A stretch of 64,000 bases of DNA from Candidatus Yanofskybacteria bacterium CG10_big_fil_rev_8_21_14_0_10_36_16 (lineage in GTDB: Bacteria; Patescibacteriota; Minisyncoccia; 2-02-FULL-40-12; IGHO2-01-FULL-4-A): NCBI GenBank assembly GCA_002794035.1, contig PCXQ01000004.1:17842-81841 (forward strand). The letters run 5' to 3'. The stretch's first letter is position 1; each line of letters starts with the position of its first letter. Position numbers and translations under genes: made by a program. The notes below the pieces were generated by a model. The model searched no databases. It was not told the origin of the DNA and worked only from the letters and a program-made list of their open reading frames with translations. Below, piece by piece: positions 38,127 through 48,322 of this stretch.

Positions 38127-39152
38127 ATGAGAACAATAGATTTGTCCCATGAAAAACTCTTGAGGTTAACGGGTCATTACAATGAAAGAATAGGAAATAG
38201 AGGTATTAAGGAATTTGTTAAAAGATATTTGGCTATGAGTTTTACAGAGGTTATTGATGAATTTGATCAAAAATTATATAAAGCCTCTGAAGAAATAAAA
38301 AACCGCCTATTATATGAATTTAAGGAACCAATTCATTTTAAGACCGCTTGGGATCTTGCCAACATGCGCAGACCTCTTAAGTGCTATGATTTTCTTTCTT
38401 ATACTAACCCGGAAAAAATTGGAATTTTATGCGGAATAAATAGAAGCAAGGCAACATCGCTTTCTACAGATTTGAATTTATTTAATTTAGAAGGTTGTAA
38501 TGTTCTTGAACTAAACTTTTCTCTTTACTGGTGGAATAACACCGTACGCCATATTTGGTCTGTCATAATTTTAAATTATCTTATATCAACAACTTCTAGG
38601 AATGGAAAAAAATTACTGGGAGGAGATTTTTCTTCAGATAGAAAATTTGAGGCAGAATCAATTTCGTTTGGACAGCCCTTAGAAAAGCTAGTTGAAATTA
38701 AAAGTGTTGATACAAAAGAAGCCGACAGTTTGCATTCCTTATATTATAAAGCGCATTTAGGATCTAGGTTTTGTGAATTTGAAGCAGGAAATTCATTTAA
38801 AGAGTGGTTGAAAAATATTAATCTTGGAGATTTGCAAAAGCATGGCTTAACATTTCAAGAAGCCCACCTTGTACTTCTTGCAGGCAGTCAGGTTAATCCA
38901 GAAATTGAGATAGAAATGAGGTGGGACCAAACTATTAAATTTTATAGATTTGTTTGTTTTGTTAAAAATTTAAACACTCATGGATTTAAAGATGAGGACA
39001 GGACGGTGCATATTCAGGAAAGTTTATTATTAGCTTTTTTTGAAAACTCAAAACCAGAAATACAAGCATCAATGGTGCGACTTTTAATCAGTGCTGGATT
39101 CAATAAAGCTCGCGATCTTTTATTTAAATCCATAAATCACGATGCTGTATAA
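38127..39152 (+). CDS. Hypothetical protein (341 aa), no recognised domain
   Basis: Clean ORF on the + strand within a minus-strand neighbourhood. Confidence 0.4.
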   Translation: MRTIDLSHEKLLRLTGHYNERIGNRGIKEFVKRYLAMSFTEVIDEFDQKLYKASEEIKNRLLYEFKEPIHFKTAWDLANMRRPLKCYDFLSYTNPEKIGILCGINRSKATSLSTDLNLFNLEGCNVLELNFSLYWWNNTVRHIWSVIILNYLISTTSRNGKKLLGGDFSSDRKFEAESISFGQPLEKLVEIKSVDTKEADSLHSLYYKAHLGSRFCEFEAGNSFKEWLKNINLGDLQKHGLTFQEAHLVLLAGSQVNPEIEIEMRWDQTIKFYRFVCFVKNLNTHGFKDEDRTVHIQESLLLAFFENSKPEIQASMVRLLISAGFNKARDLLFKSINHDAV

Positions 39153-39198
39153 GTTTATTCAAAAACTGCCCAATTTTGGACAGTTTTTTATTTTTATA

Positions 39199-39561
39199 TT
39201 ATTTATTAGATTTTTTATCCATCAAATAATATAAGGCAAGCGGAGCAGCCCAGTTAGCCCATCTCTCAAAGAAATCCCATACAGGATCGGGTCCGAAGGG
39301 CCATCTGAGAAGCGCAGTCCATAGCCCCCAAAAGGCCATCCACAAAATTGCAGGGCGCAACGGCTTAACGAGTATTAAGATTGCGAGTGTAATATCCATT
39401 ATACCGACTATCAACAATAAGCTTGTCATCATTGATGGGTCTGTAATTCCAAACGGTTCAAAATACTTAAACCACCCCTCTTTGCCCTGAAGAGCAAATA
39501 CGCCATGGCCTAGAAATTCTCCGAAAAGACCAAGACGCAAAATCCACATAATTTTATTCAT
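39199..39561 (-). CDS. Small polytopic membrane protein (120 aa), hypothetical
   Basis: Three or four hydrophobic helices. Confidence 0.35.
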   Translation of the reverse strand: MNKIMWILRLGLFGEFLGHGVFALQGKEGWFKYFEPFGITDPSMMTSLLLIVGIMDITLAILILVKPLRPAILWMAFWGLWTALLRWPFGPDPVWDFFERWANWAAPLALYYLMDKKSNK

Positions 39562-39704
39562 AAATTTAAATAATTATTTAAAAAGTTGTTTTATAATTCG
39601 GCCTGATTTAATTATACTCTAATTTAAATTTACGATATCCACCTGTTATAAATTTAAATACAAAGAACAGGCCATTGTAATTATTTTGCAATGAGATTAG
39701 TAAA

Positions 39705-40457
39705 TTAAAGAAATCCATTTACAAAATTTTGAAATCCATCAAACTGGAAGAAGAATCCTTGTAATTGTGCAAATACGTTTGAAAATTGGTCAGTAATCAA
39801 AAGGAATCCTAAGAAAATTAAGAATACGCCAGCAATAATATTTATTATTCTCATTATTCTATCCATTTTACTGAAGGTAGTGAATGATTTACCTATTAAA
39901 AGAGCGGTCAGAAGGAAAGGGATAGCAAGACCCGCTGAAAATAAGGCTAGCAAATAAATCCCCTGAAAAACTTGCCCTTGCGTTGAAGCAATCAAAAGCA
40001 CCGAACCAAGAATGGGACCTACGCAGGGTGACCAACCGAGGGCAAAAAGTGAACCAAGAAAAAAAGAATTGCCTTTTGTGGGCTTTTGGAAAAATACCGG
40101 TATATAAATCTTTTTTTCTGCATTTAAAAAGTTAACTTTAAGAACTCCCATTATAAACAATCCGAAAAGCACAATAAGAATACCACCTATGCGTTGAAGC
40201 CATATCTTAACTCCTATGATTTGTCCCAAAAAAGAAAAAGCTACACCGAAAAGAATAAATACAATAGAAAATCCAAGGACATAAAAAAACGCATTGCTAA
40301 ATATTTTCCACCTAACAAGTTTTAATTTTGCAGGATCACTCAACTCCTCTTGTGGAACTCCTGAAATCAAACCCAAAAACGCCGGCACTAAAGGCAATGT
40401 GCATGGAGCAAAAAAAGTAAAGAAACCTGCAACAAAAGATGAAAAGGCTAATCCCAT
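39705..40457 (-). CDS. ccdA: Cytochrome c-type biogenesis protein CcdA (DsbD family thiol-disulfide transporter)
   Basis: FFAPCTLPLVPAFLG and GWSPCVGPILGS, the two conserved TM cysteines of CcdA. Confidence 0.75.
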   Translation of the reverse strand: MGLAFSSFVAGFFTFFAPCTLPLVPAFLGLISGVPQEELSDPAKLKLVRWKIFSNAFFYVLGFSIVFILFGVAFSFLGQIIGVKIWLQRIGGILIVLFGLFIMGVLKVNFLNAEKKIYIPVFFQKPTKGNSFFLGSLFALGWSPCVGPILGSVLLIASTQGQVFQGIYLLALFSAGLAIPFLLTALLIGKSFTTFSKMDRIMRIINIIAGVFLIFLGFLLITDQFSNVFAQLQGFFFQFDGFQNFVNGFL

Positions 40458-40526
40458 AAAACAATATTGTGCCGGTAATTATTAATTATTAATTAAGAAA
40501 TAAACGATAATTACACGGCCCCTAAT

Positions 40527-41108
40527 TTAATTGATAATTTCCCCAATTCTCTCCACTAACTCTTCTTCTGCTAGTGGTCCCAGTTTTAAGCTTTTAATAA
40601 TTCCGTCTTTATCTATAAAAATAGAATAAGGCATTGAGAAACCGTTATATCTTTTGTAAATGTCATCTCCATCATCCCAAGCTACAATATATTTGTTCGT
40701 AACACCAAGATCATCCGTATATTGTTTGGCGGTTTTAAGACCTTCGTTTCTGTTTATGGCAATTGTTACATAAGCATCGCCGAATTGTTCCTGAATCCTG
40801 CCCATTAAGAGCATTTCGTCCAGACAAAATGGACACCATGAAGCCCAAAAATTAACAAACACTGGTTTACTACCTTTAAAATCAGACAGCTTAACTGTAT
40901 TACCTTGATAGTCCACAACTTCAAAATCAGGCGCCAAATCCCCAACACGAGTGCCGACTTTTAAATTATTGCCGGCATCTTGTTCGCTTTGCGAATTTGC
41001 TTGGTTATTATCCGAATTTAATTCAACTTTATTACCCCTATCCATAGTTAAAAAATAACCCAGAATAATAACAGCTAAAATAATAATTGAGGATAATATT
41101 TTTTTCAT
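40527..41108 (-). CDS. TlpA/ResA-family extracytoplasmic thioredoxin-like oxidoreductase
   Basis: N-terminal signal/TM. VFVNFWASWCPFC active site. Confidence 0.8.
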   Translation of the reverse strand: MKKILSSIIILAVIILGYFLTMDRGNKVELNSDNNQANSQSEQDAGNNLKVGTRVGDLAPDFEVVDYQGNTVKLSDFKGSKPVFVNFWASWCPFCLDEMLLMGRIQEQFGDAYVTIAINRNEGLKTAKQYTDDLGVTNKYIVAWDDGDDIYKRYNGFSMPYSIFIDKDGIIKSLKLGPLAEEELVERIGEIIN

Positions 41109-41114
41109 AATATT

Positions 41115-42194
41115 TTACTGAAATAATTCTGTTTTAGGGTGGGCTACTAGCCAGCTAAACCAAAACCCTCCTATGAAAGGCAGTTCATCGCTATTTGCAA
41201 TTATGCTGATTTCGTCTTTGCCACTTTTTGTAATAATAATTTCCTTATTAGCAAAAGAATCGTTAGTTGTTCCTACCTTTAATGATTCAACATTGTAAGC
41301 CTTAAACTGCCCATTTATTTCTATGCCAACAACATATGCTTTTGGGTGTAGTTGATCATCGTTAAAATCAGCACCGAAACCCACCTGGCTACTTGTATAA
41401 TAATCTCCGTAAGGATCACGTCCATATGTTCTAAAATGTCCCGTATCTCTAGATAGAACCCTAGTATCTGGGTGTAACTTTTTCCAATCACCATATTTTA
41501 CGGTGTCAGAACGGATTATTTTAAGTTTTATTCCAGTATGAGGGCCAACAATTGCCTCTCCCAACACCTGCGACCAAAGAGACTCATTGTCTTCGCCTTC
41601 TGACCTGTTGTACATGACTAAATTTGACTTCCAAAGGCGTCCTGATGTGCCAAAGTCAAAGTGTTTGCCGCCAACCACAGGATCAAAAACTATACCGGTA
41701 AAACAAAGCGGGCAATAAGTAACTAACGCAGGTTTACCACCCACGGTGTCATTAACTATTTCGTGCCATACTAAAATTTGGTAAGGATAAAAACGGCAAT
41801 CATCGCCATTGCATAATCCTTGCCCTACATCTTCATCAGTCAAATAATCAACTTCATTCGGTGATATGAATTTAGGATTATCAATTGAAGGTATGCCATC
41901 TTTGGAAGGACCTCCGGATAATATCTCGTCTAAAGGCACAGAGTGCTTAACTCCATCTGTGACAAATATTTGTCTTGAGGTTTGAAAATCTGAACCATTC
42001 CTAAGAGTATTTTGCGCATCAGAACCCCCTCCTGCGTTTTTGTTGTTTTGTTCTATAAACTCTTCAAGTGGAACAGAATCACCTTTTGGCAGCTTTCTTT
42101 GACCAAAATAAAATCTATCCAAGGCAAGCCAACCGACCCCAAGTGTAAGAATTGCTAATACTAAAATTTTTATTTTAAAACTATTATTCATCAC
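41115..42194 (-). CDS. DUF3179-family protein (secreted or membrane-anchored)
   Basis: GIPSIDNPKF...HEIVNDTVGGKPALVTYCPLCFTG...SGRLWKSNLVMYNRS...LWSQV.GEA matches the DUF3179 pattern. Confidence 0.6.
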   Translation of the reverse strand: MMNNSFKIKILVLAILTLGVGWLALDRFYFGQRKLPKGDSVPLEEFIEQNNKNAGGGSDAQNTLRNGSDFQTSRQIFVTDGVKHSVPLDEILSGGPSKDGIPSIDNPKFISPNEVDYLTDEDVGQGLCNGDDCRFYPYQILVWHEIVNDTVGGKPALVTYCPLCFTGIVFDPVVGGKHFDFGTSGRLWKSNLVMYNRSEGEDNESLWSQVLGEAIVGPHTGIKLKIIRSDTVKYGDWKKLHPDTRVLSRDTGHFRTYGRDPYGDYYTSSQVGFGADFNDDQLHPKAYVVGIEINGQFKAYNVESLKVGTTNDSFANKEIIITKSGKDEISIIANSDELPFIGGFWFSWLVAHPKTELFQ

Positions 42195-42197
42195 TTA

Positions 42198-42461
42198 TTA
42201 TTCATTATTGATTCCAGCCCATTCAACTAGCGCTTCATAGGGCGCAGCTCCGCAAATTGCCTGTTTGGTTTCTGTATTAAAGAAAAAAGGTACACCAGCA
42301 CAAACACCATCAGCATATTCGGCCATTTTTTTGGCATTTTCCTCATTATGCCAAACCTCATATTTCTCAACTTTTATACCATGTTCTTTTTCAAGACGCT
42401 CAACAAAAGGAACCATTTTGTGGCACCACCCGCATTCAAGGCCATAAAATTGTAAAAGCAT
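42198..42461 (-). CDS. Small thioredoxin/glutaredoxin-like protein (CGWC active site)
   Basis: 87 aa with LLQFYGLECGWCHKMVP, a Trx-fold pattern. Confidence 0.65.
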   Translation of the reverse strand: MLLQFYGLECGWCHKMVPFVERLEKEHGIKVEKYEVWHNEENAKKMAEYADGVCAGVPFFFNTETKQAICGAAPYEALVEWAGINNE

Positions 42462-42556
42462 ATAAATTTATTCAAGAACAAAACGACTGGACAACAAGTA
42501 TATTTTTCAGTTGCCAGTATCCAACTCATTTCACTCGTATGCTCTTGAATAACCGA

Positions 42557-42922
42557 TTAAATTATTTTCAATATCCTTAATATTTTTTTCGCAATTGGAT
42601 TTTTCTTGTTAATACAGTAGCAAATCGTTCTGCCATACCTGCATTTTTCCACAATACACCTCGCTTCAAGCATTGACAGCTGATGAGATACTGCTGATAA
42701 AGTAACGTCTGTTTCTGATTGTATTTCCGACACGCACATTTCCTTTGTTTTTGACAAGGTTTGAATAATTTTTAACCGTGTTGGATCTGAAAGTAAATAA
42801 AAAACCTCAGGTGCTTGAAGCACCTTTGGATTATATGTTTCTATCCCCTGCTTTCTTGTTGTTTGCATTAAAATAAAAATAACAACACTTGAACATTTGT
42901 TCAAGTGTTCACTTATCCACAA
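42557..42922 (-). CDS. ArsR/SmtB-family HTH transcriptional regulator
   Basis: FYLLSDPTRLKIIQTL...MCVSEI...LSAVSHQLSML..ARCIV...YGRTICYCI. Confidence 0.7.
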   Translation of the reverse strand: MWISEHLNKCSSVVIFILMQTTRKQGIETYNPKVLQAPEVFYLLSDPTRLKIIQTLSKTKEMCVSEIQSETDVTLSAVSHQLSMLEARCIVEKCRYGRTICYCINKKNPIAKKILRILKII

Positions 42923-42949
42923 ACTGCGTCAGTGGCTTAAATTTAATAA

Positions 42950-43927
42950 TTAATCTTTTATCATTTTCTTAAAATCTTCTACCATCGGCACTTCTGATGC
43001 GCTTAACCCATAACTTTCGGCGGTGTAGTATGCATGCCAACCAGCCAAAACTACGGTAGAAAATATTTTATAAAATATACCCTTGTTACTTTCTAGTTTT
43101 ATAACTTCAACAGGCATATTTCGATCTTCAAAAAGTTTTTTAGCCACTTCCATCCTTTTTTGAATTCTTGGGTGATCACTTGAGTCGCTTAAAAATATAA
43201 AATTGAATCTATCTTTCATTTCGTCTATAGAATCAAATCCTGTCATTTCATTATGGTTAAGCTCTGGAAAAACATTCCAAAAAGATGGGATCTTTCCGCT
43301 TTCATTAAGATTTATTTTCCAAACCCTAGACAAAGGCTTGTTTTTTGTAGAGGAATAAATCACGGGCACTCTGCCTTTTGTTTTTTCTGATAATTCCTTG
43401 CCCGTTTTCTCATAATCTTCAACTTGTAACTCATCTTTTAATTTACCTGATTCCAAAAGTGCATCTTCATCGCCCATAACTTTTAACATAGCTCTTAAAC
43501 TAAATCCCAAAGCAACTCTTGGCTCAATGCCCGTGTTCGGCAATTCTATATAAGGCGTTTTGTCGTTTTTAGCTAATTCCAAAAGTTTACCGCCCCCCGT
43601 CACAGCAATTAATGACATGCCGGACTCCTTGGCTTTTGTATAAGCATCTATCAACTCTTCGGTGCCTCCTGAATATGAACTTGCTATTAATGTATGCTCT
43701 GAAAGCGAGTCAAAAGAAGGTAGAGACGGCAACCCATAATTTCTATGGACATGCAAATCTAAGTCGGGTTTGTACATTTTCAAAAAATCAGTTCCTAAAT
43801 TTGAACCACCCATTCCAGCAATAATAAATCTATCTTTTTTTTGAAAATTTTCTTCATTCTCAATTTTAGGTTCATATTCAAATTGAAAAGAAAATTCTTT
43901 GATTGAAGAAAGCATATCTTTGGACAT
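42950..43927 (-). CDS. SIS-domain bifunctional phosphoglucose/phosphomannose isomerase-like protein
   Basis: IIAGMGGSNLG and overall length of about 320 aa match the archaeal-type PGI/PMI family. Confidence 0.5.
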   Translation of the reverse strand: MSKDMLSSIKEFSFQFEYEPKIENEENFQKKDRFIIAGMGGSNLGTDFLKMYKPDLDLHVHRNYGLPSLPSFDSLSEHTLIASSYSGGTEELIDAYTKAKESGMSLIAVTGGGKLLELAKNDKTPYIELPNTGIEPRVALGFSLRAMLKVMGDEDALLESGKLKDELQVEDYEKTGKELSEKTKGRVPVIYSSTKNKPLSRVWKINLNESGKIPSFWNVFPELNHNEMTGFDSIDEMKDRFNFIFLSDSSDHPRIQKRMEVAKKLFEDRNMPVEVIKLESNKGIFYKIFSTVVLAGWHAYYTAESYGLSASEVPMVEDFKKMIKD

Positions 43928-44061
43928 AATAAAAATAACTGCTAGTTTTTGACCTCCTAATCTATTTGGTTAAAAAGCCAATAATCTGGCAGGTTGCTTT
44001 GTTAATATTTTAACTCTTTTTAAAATAAAAAACATCCACTATTTTTTATTAAAATTAAAAG

Positions 44062-44082
44062 CCCCGCTAAGGCGGGGCCAAT
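44062..44082 (-). terminator. GC hairpin terminator (GCCCCGC-TAA-GGCGGGGC)
   Basis: Seen between the PGI/PMI and SPFH genes. Confidence 0.55.
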
Positions 44083-44092
44083 ATCCTCACAA

Positions 44093-46096
44093 TTATTTAC
44101 CGAGCATTTTGCTAATAGCTGTTAATGCTCCTGAAAAATCTAGTGAACCAGATGCAATTAGTTTTTGAACAGATGCTGCAATCTGTCCTTCGCCCTCTCT
44201 GGTCACTTCATTTAAGGCTCTGCCTCTTTCTTTTATTCTAGCGGCATCAGCAAGGCCTCTTTGCTTCATTACTTCAATTCTTTTCCCCTCTGTTAGAGCT
44301 TCCTGCTCAAGAACAGGAATTTCCCGCTTGGCACTAACCTCCCTTGTAAAAAGGGCTAGGTACTCTTGGGCATTGGGATCTTTCTTGAAATCAATTTCGG
44401 AAATTTCCAAATAAATAATAGAAGCAAATCTTCCCTCAACTGCTTTATCAAGCGCTTTTTTAATGTGCTTTTTAAATGCGCTGATATTATTCATTATCCT
44501 ATCAATATTTGTTTTAAGCGCGATATCCACGAGGGTACTATTTAATCTGGGATGTATTGTATCCCTAATGAGCTCTTCTTCACTGTCTGAAATTGCAATC
44601 ATCTTGGCAGCATTTTTGCCTTCAATAATGATTCCGATTTCAACAGAAATTTCTAAATAAAACCTATCTTTTGTTGTGATCCTTACTGGATCAAAATTGT
44701 AAATAGGCTGCCTTTCTTTAGTCCACTTTAAATTAATTGGGGTAGTATCAACTATTTGAACTTGATTAGCAACGGGGTGTATAAAATGGAATCCAACCGA
44801 TAAAACCTTTTCTGTGATTCCTCGCTTATACTCAGGTTTTCCTGTTTGGGAGTCTGTTTTTTTCTTAATTACGGGTACTCGCATTTCTTTACCGTCAATC
44901 TGTACCCATTCTTCAATATAGTCACTGCCATCTGCGGCAGGAGACTCTCCAATGTTTGAGATTACAACACCTACTTGGCCTTCTTTAATATATGTGGCCC
45001 AAGTTTTTTCTAACTCAATGGCATAGGGGTGCAAATAGTAGCCTCCAGGTTCCACAAGCTGTGGCTGGATACCCATTTCTCCACCCATCTTTTGCCAAGT
45101 TACTAGATCTTGAAAGTTGTCATGAGTTTTATAGTCGCCAACAGGTTCCGGCTTTAAAGCGATAACTCTATCTTCTTCATCTGGGATTTCACTTCCTATT
45201 TTAACTGTTACGATACCAATCTGAGACCAATCAACCTCTTCTTCATGATGATGTCCTAGCTTTGGTCTTTTAACTATTCCGATTTCAGTTTTTTCAAATA
45301 GTTCAATTTTGAAAAGTTTTTCATTAATTAATTTACGGCCATGCGACAATGTTTCAATTTGGGGGCCTGTTTCTCCACCGCCCTCCAGAAATGCTTCAGC
45401 GTTCGTAAAGTGATTACACTCTACATGAATACGCGTCATAACCCCACGCCTAAGGTGTATTCCGTCTTTCGCAATAACGACACCTCTTTTATCTTCAGGG
45501 ATTTCCGGCATATCGCGGAATTCAACCTTGCCAAAGACATTGATAAGGAATGGGAAATTCCATCCGGGCCTTAAAATCTGCGCCTGAGTTCCCTGGCGCC
45601 GGAATTTAATCCTCAGCCACCTCGGCCACGGCTTCCACCTACAACAATAATGATATTTTGTTTTCCAAACCTCCTGTTTCATGTCTTCATTGTAAAACCA
45701 GGGAAATCCAATTGAAAAATCTATGCGAAGTTTTTTGAGTGGTTCGCTATAGTTATATAGATCTCTTTTTATTGTAGGAATGACTTTAAAATTCGGCCAC
45801 TCAATACGCGTAGCAATGTTTCTGCCTTCAGGCAGTTTTGGAGAAAGCGGAAAATGCCACTCCATAATGCCGTATTTATCGGCGGGAACCTTAACAGCGC
45901 TTGAAATCACAAGGTATGTTAACCCAAGCAATAAACCGCCCCCAAAAACAACCCATTTGGATATCATTTCCCAGAATTCTTCCTGAGACATTCCTGAAGC
46001 ATCAAGGCTTTTGCCCCAAGGCCATACGACATAATAAATAAACAGTCCCAAGACTAACAATATCAGTATTTGCAACAATTCATTTTTATTTTGCAT
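44093..46096 (-). CDS. SPFH/Band-7 (flotillin/YqiK-like) membrane protein with long N-terminal region
   Basis: AGGAGG SD sits 6 nt upstream of the ATG at 46096. N-terminal TM helices. C-terminal E/A/R-rich coiled coil (EALTEGKRIEVMKQRGLADAARIKERGRAL). Confidence 0.4.
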   Translation of the reverse strand: MQNKNELLQILILLVLGLFIYYVVWPWGKSLDASGMSQEEFWEMISKWVVFGGGLLLGLTYLVISSAVKVPADKYGIMEWHFPLSPKLPEGRNIATRIEWPNFKVIPTIKRDLYNYSEPLKKLRIDFSIGFPWFYNEDMKQEVWKTKYHYCCRWKPWPRWLRIKFRRQGTQAQILRPGWNFPFLINVFGKVEFRDMPEIPEDKRGVVIAKDGIHLRRGVMTRIHVECNHFTNAEAFLEGGGETGPQIETLSHGRKLINEKLFKIELFEKTEIGIVKRPKLGHHHEEEVDWSQIGIVTVKIGSEIPDEEDRVIALKPEPVGDYKTHDNFQDLVTWQKMGGEMGIQPQLVEPGGYYLHPYAIELEKTWATYIKEGQVGVVISNIGESPAADGSDYIEEWVQIDGKEMRVPVIKKKTDSQTGKPEYKRGITEKVLSVGFHFIHPVANQVQIVDTTPINLKWTKERQPIYNFDPVRITTKDRFYLEISVEIGIIIEGKNAAKMIAISDSEEELIRDTIHPRLNSTLVDIALKTNIDRIMNNISAFKKHIKKALDKAVEGRFASIIYLEISEIDFKKDPNAQEYLALFTREVSAKREIPVLEQEALTEGKRIEVMKQRGLADAARIKERGRALNEVTREGEGQIAASVQKLIASGSLDFSGALTAISKMLGK

Positions 46097-46229
46097 TTCT
46101 AACCTCCTATTGGCATATTTTAAAGAACAAAATGCGCTGACTATATTATACATAAAAATAAGTCCTCAGTCAATAACAAAACAACCCCACTGTGGTGGGC
46201 TGTTTGTGCGAAGTTTTGTATTGTTTTAT

Positions 46230-46643
46230 TTATTTTTCAGGATTCCCTTCTTTGTTTTCAAAATCCAGTGCACAAGAGTTTATGCAATATCTTTTGCCTG
46301 TGAGGTTGGGGCCATCGTCAAAAACATGGCCTAAATGACCTCTGCATTTTTTACATTTTACCTCGATCCTTTTCATTCCTAAACTATTATCCTCCACTAA
46401 TTCAACCTTGCCGTTGTCTATCGCCTCGTAAAAACTTGGCCATCCTGATCCGGAATCAAATTTTGTATCAGACGAGAAAAGATCCTCTCCACAGGCAGCA
46501 CATTTATACATCCCTTTTTCTTTATTTATATTATATTTTCCTGAAAAAGGAGTTTCGGTACCGCTCTCCCTCATAATCTTGTACTGCTCAGGAGTAAGCT
46601 TATCTCTCCAATATTCATCTGATTTTATATTTTCATTAGTCAT
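46230..46643 (-). CDS. msrB: Peptide-methionine (R)-S-oxide reductase MsrB
   Basis: CAACGEDLFSSDTKFDSGSGWPSF...CKKCRGHLGHVFDDGP...RYCINS. Confidence 0.9.
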   Translation of the reverse strand: MTNENIKSDEYWRDKLTPEQYKIMRESGTETPFSGKYNINKEKGMYKCAACGEDLFSSDTKFDSGSGWPSFYEAIDNGKVELVEDNSLGMKRIEVKCKKCRGHLGHVFDDGPNLTGKRYCINSCALDFENKEGNPEK

Positions 46644-46669
46644 GTACTTATTATAGATGATTATTAAAT

Positions 46670-47797
46670 TTATTTAAAATACTTCTTGTTTTTTAATTTT
46701 TCGGGCAAATAACTTTCCTTGTCGTATTTAGAATAATCCTTCCCATAATTTAATTCTTTCATAAGATTTGTGGGGGCATTTCTTATTTTTAACGGCACTG
46801 GTAAGTTGCCATGTTTTTTAACATCTGCTGTAGCTAGTTTATATGCATCATAAGAACTCCTGTCTTTTTTGCATTGGCAAAGATACGCCACGCCATGAGC
46901 TAAATTTATTCCGCATTCAGGCAGGCCTATTGTCTCAACTGCTCTAAACACCTCATTTGCAACAACAAGGGCTGTGGGCTGAGCCAATCCAATATCTTCA
47001 CTGGCAAAAATAACCATCCTGCGCGCTATGAACTTAGGATCTTCACCCGAATCAATCATTCGCGCTAAATAATACATAGCCGCATTAACCTGACTTGCTC
47101 TCATGCTTTTTATAAAAGCACTTATGGTATTATAATGTTCTTCTCCTTTTTTATCATATCTCAAATATTTTGATTGAAGGGTTTTTTTAAAATTGTCTAC
47201 CGTTAATTTGCCGTAAAATTTAGAAGTGTTTTCAATCATTGTTATTCCCTGCCTCGCATCACCATTAGCCATTGCCACCAACCAACTAGTTGCTTCTTTA
47301 TCCATTTTGGTACCGGCTCTATTTATAATTTTAATCATCTCATCATCAGAAAATTCATTTAAAACAAAAACTCTGCATCTAGAAAGCAACGCTGGGATAA
47401 CTTCAAAACTAGGATTTTCTGTTGTTGCTCCTATTAATGTTAATTGCCCTGTTTCAACAAACGGCAAAAGGTAGTCTTGCTGGGCTTTGTTAAATCTGTG
47501 TATTTCATCCAAAAACAAAATTTTAGGCTTGTCTCCTGTATCAAAATTAACAACCTTTTTAACATCTTCTTTACCGGCAGATACCGCAGATAGCTCAAAC
47601 AAACGAGCAACTAAAGATGAGGCATAAATGCGAGCAAGCGTTGTTTTGCCTACTCCCGGCGGACCCCACATAATAAAAGAAAAAAGCAGCCCTTTTTCAA
47701 TGGCTACTTTGATTGGCTTTCCTTTGCCTACCAAATGGTCTTGGCCAATAAATTCATCCAGAGATTTTGGTCTAATTTTAGATGCCAAAGGTTCCAT
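46670..47797 (-). CDS. rarA: Replication-associated recombination protein A (AAA+ ATPase RarA/MgsA)
   Basis: WGPPGVGKTTLARI Walker A, ILFLDEIHRFNKAQQD Walker B/sensor, and the C-terminal MgsA helical domain. Confidence 0.85.
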   Translation of the reverse strand: MEPLASKIRPKSLDEFIGQDHLVGKGKPIKVAIEKGLLFSFIMWGPPGVGKTTLARIYASSLVARLFELSAVSAGKEDVKKVVNFDTGDKPKILFLDEIHRFNKAQQDYLLPFVETGQLTLIGATTENPSFEVIPALLSRCRVFVLNEFSDDEMIKIINRAGTKMDKEATSWLVAMANGDARQGITMIENTSKFYGKLTVDNFKKTLQSKYLRYDKKGEEHYNTISAFIKSMRASQVNAAMYYLARMIDSGEDPKFIARRMVIFASEDIGLAQPTALVVANEVFRAVETIGLPECGINLAHGVAYLCQCKKDRSSYDAYKLATADVKKHGNLPVPLKIRNAPTNLMKELNYGKDYSKYDKESYLPEKLKNKKYFK

Positions 47798-47886
47798 ATA
47801 AAGAGTTTAGGATACTGTCTATTAAAAATCAAACCTCCGGAAGATTAGAAATCGCCCGGAGGTAAACTAGCAGTACAAAAAATTGT

Positions 47887-48138
47887 TTATTCGGCTTTTC
47901 TTTCTATCACAAGAATATAATCTGTGGCTAGCGCAGCCAATGCCCCAACAGCAGCTAAAACAGGGGCCAACACAACACCCACTACAGCCAAGGTAAGAGG
48001 GATTTCAAGAAGAGATTCACCGCTTTCTTTTTTTATTATAATCTTTCTTACATTACCTTCATGAACTAACTCCTTGACCTTTTTAACAATTGATTCGCTG
48101 GCAACTTTTATTTCTTCCTTTATTATTTTTTCTTCCAT
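47887..48138 (-). CDS. DUF4342-like small protein
   Basis: GNVRKIIIKKESGESLLEIPLTLAVVGVVLAPVLAAVGALAAL pattern. Confidence 0.45.
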   Translation of the reverse strand: MEEKIIKEEIKVASESIVKKVKELVHEGNVRKIIIKKESGESLLEIPLTLAVVGVVLAPVLAAVGALAALATDYILVIERKAE

Positions 48139-48322
48139 TTTTTGATATCCCTGTGTCTAACATGATCGTCATGTATAATGAGTGCGAAACACAATCAGAC
48201 ACAAGATAAAATTTATTATTTAAATTAAGACCTCTATTTATATTTTTACATAACCATTATATTTAAGCAACCTGTAAAAACAATGAAAAAAGACCGTCAA
48301 TTATGACAGCCCTAAAAATCAT

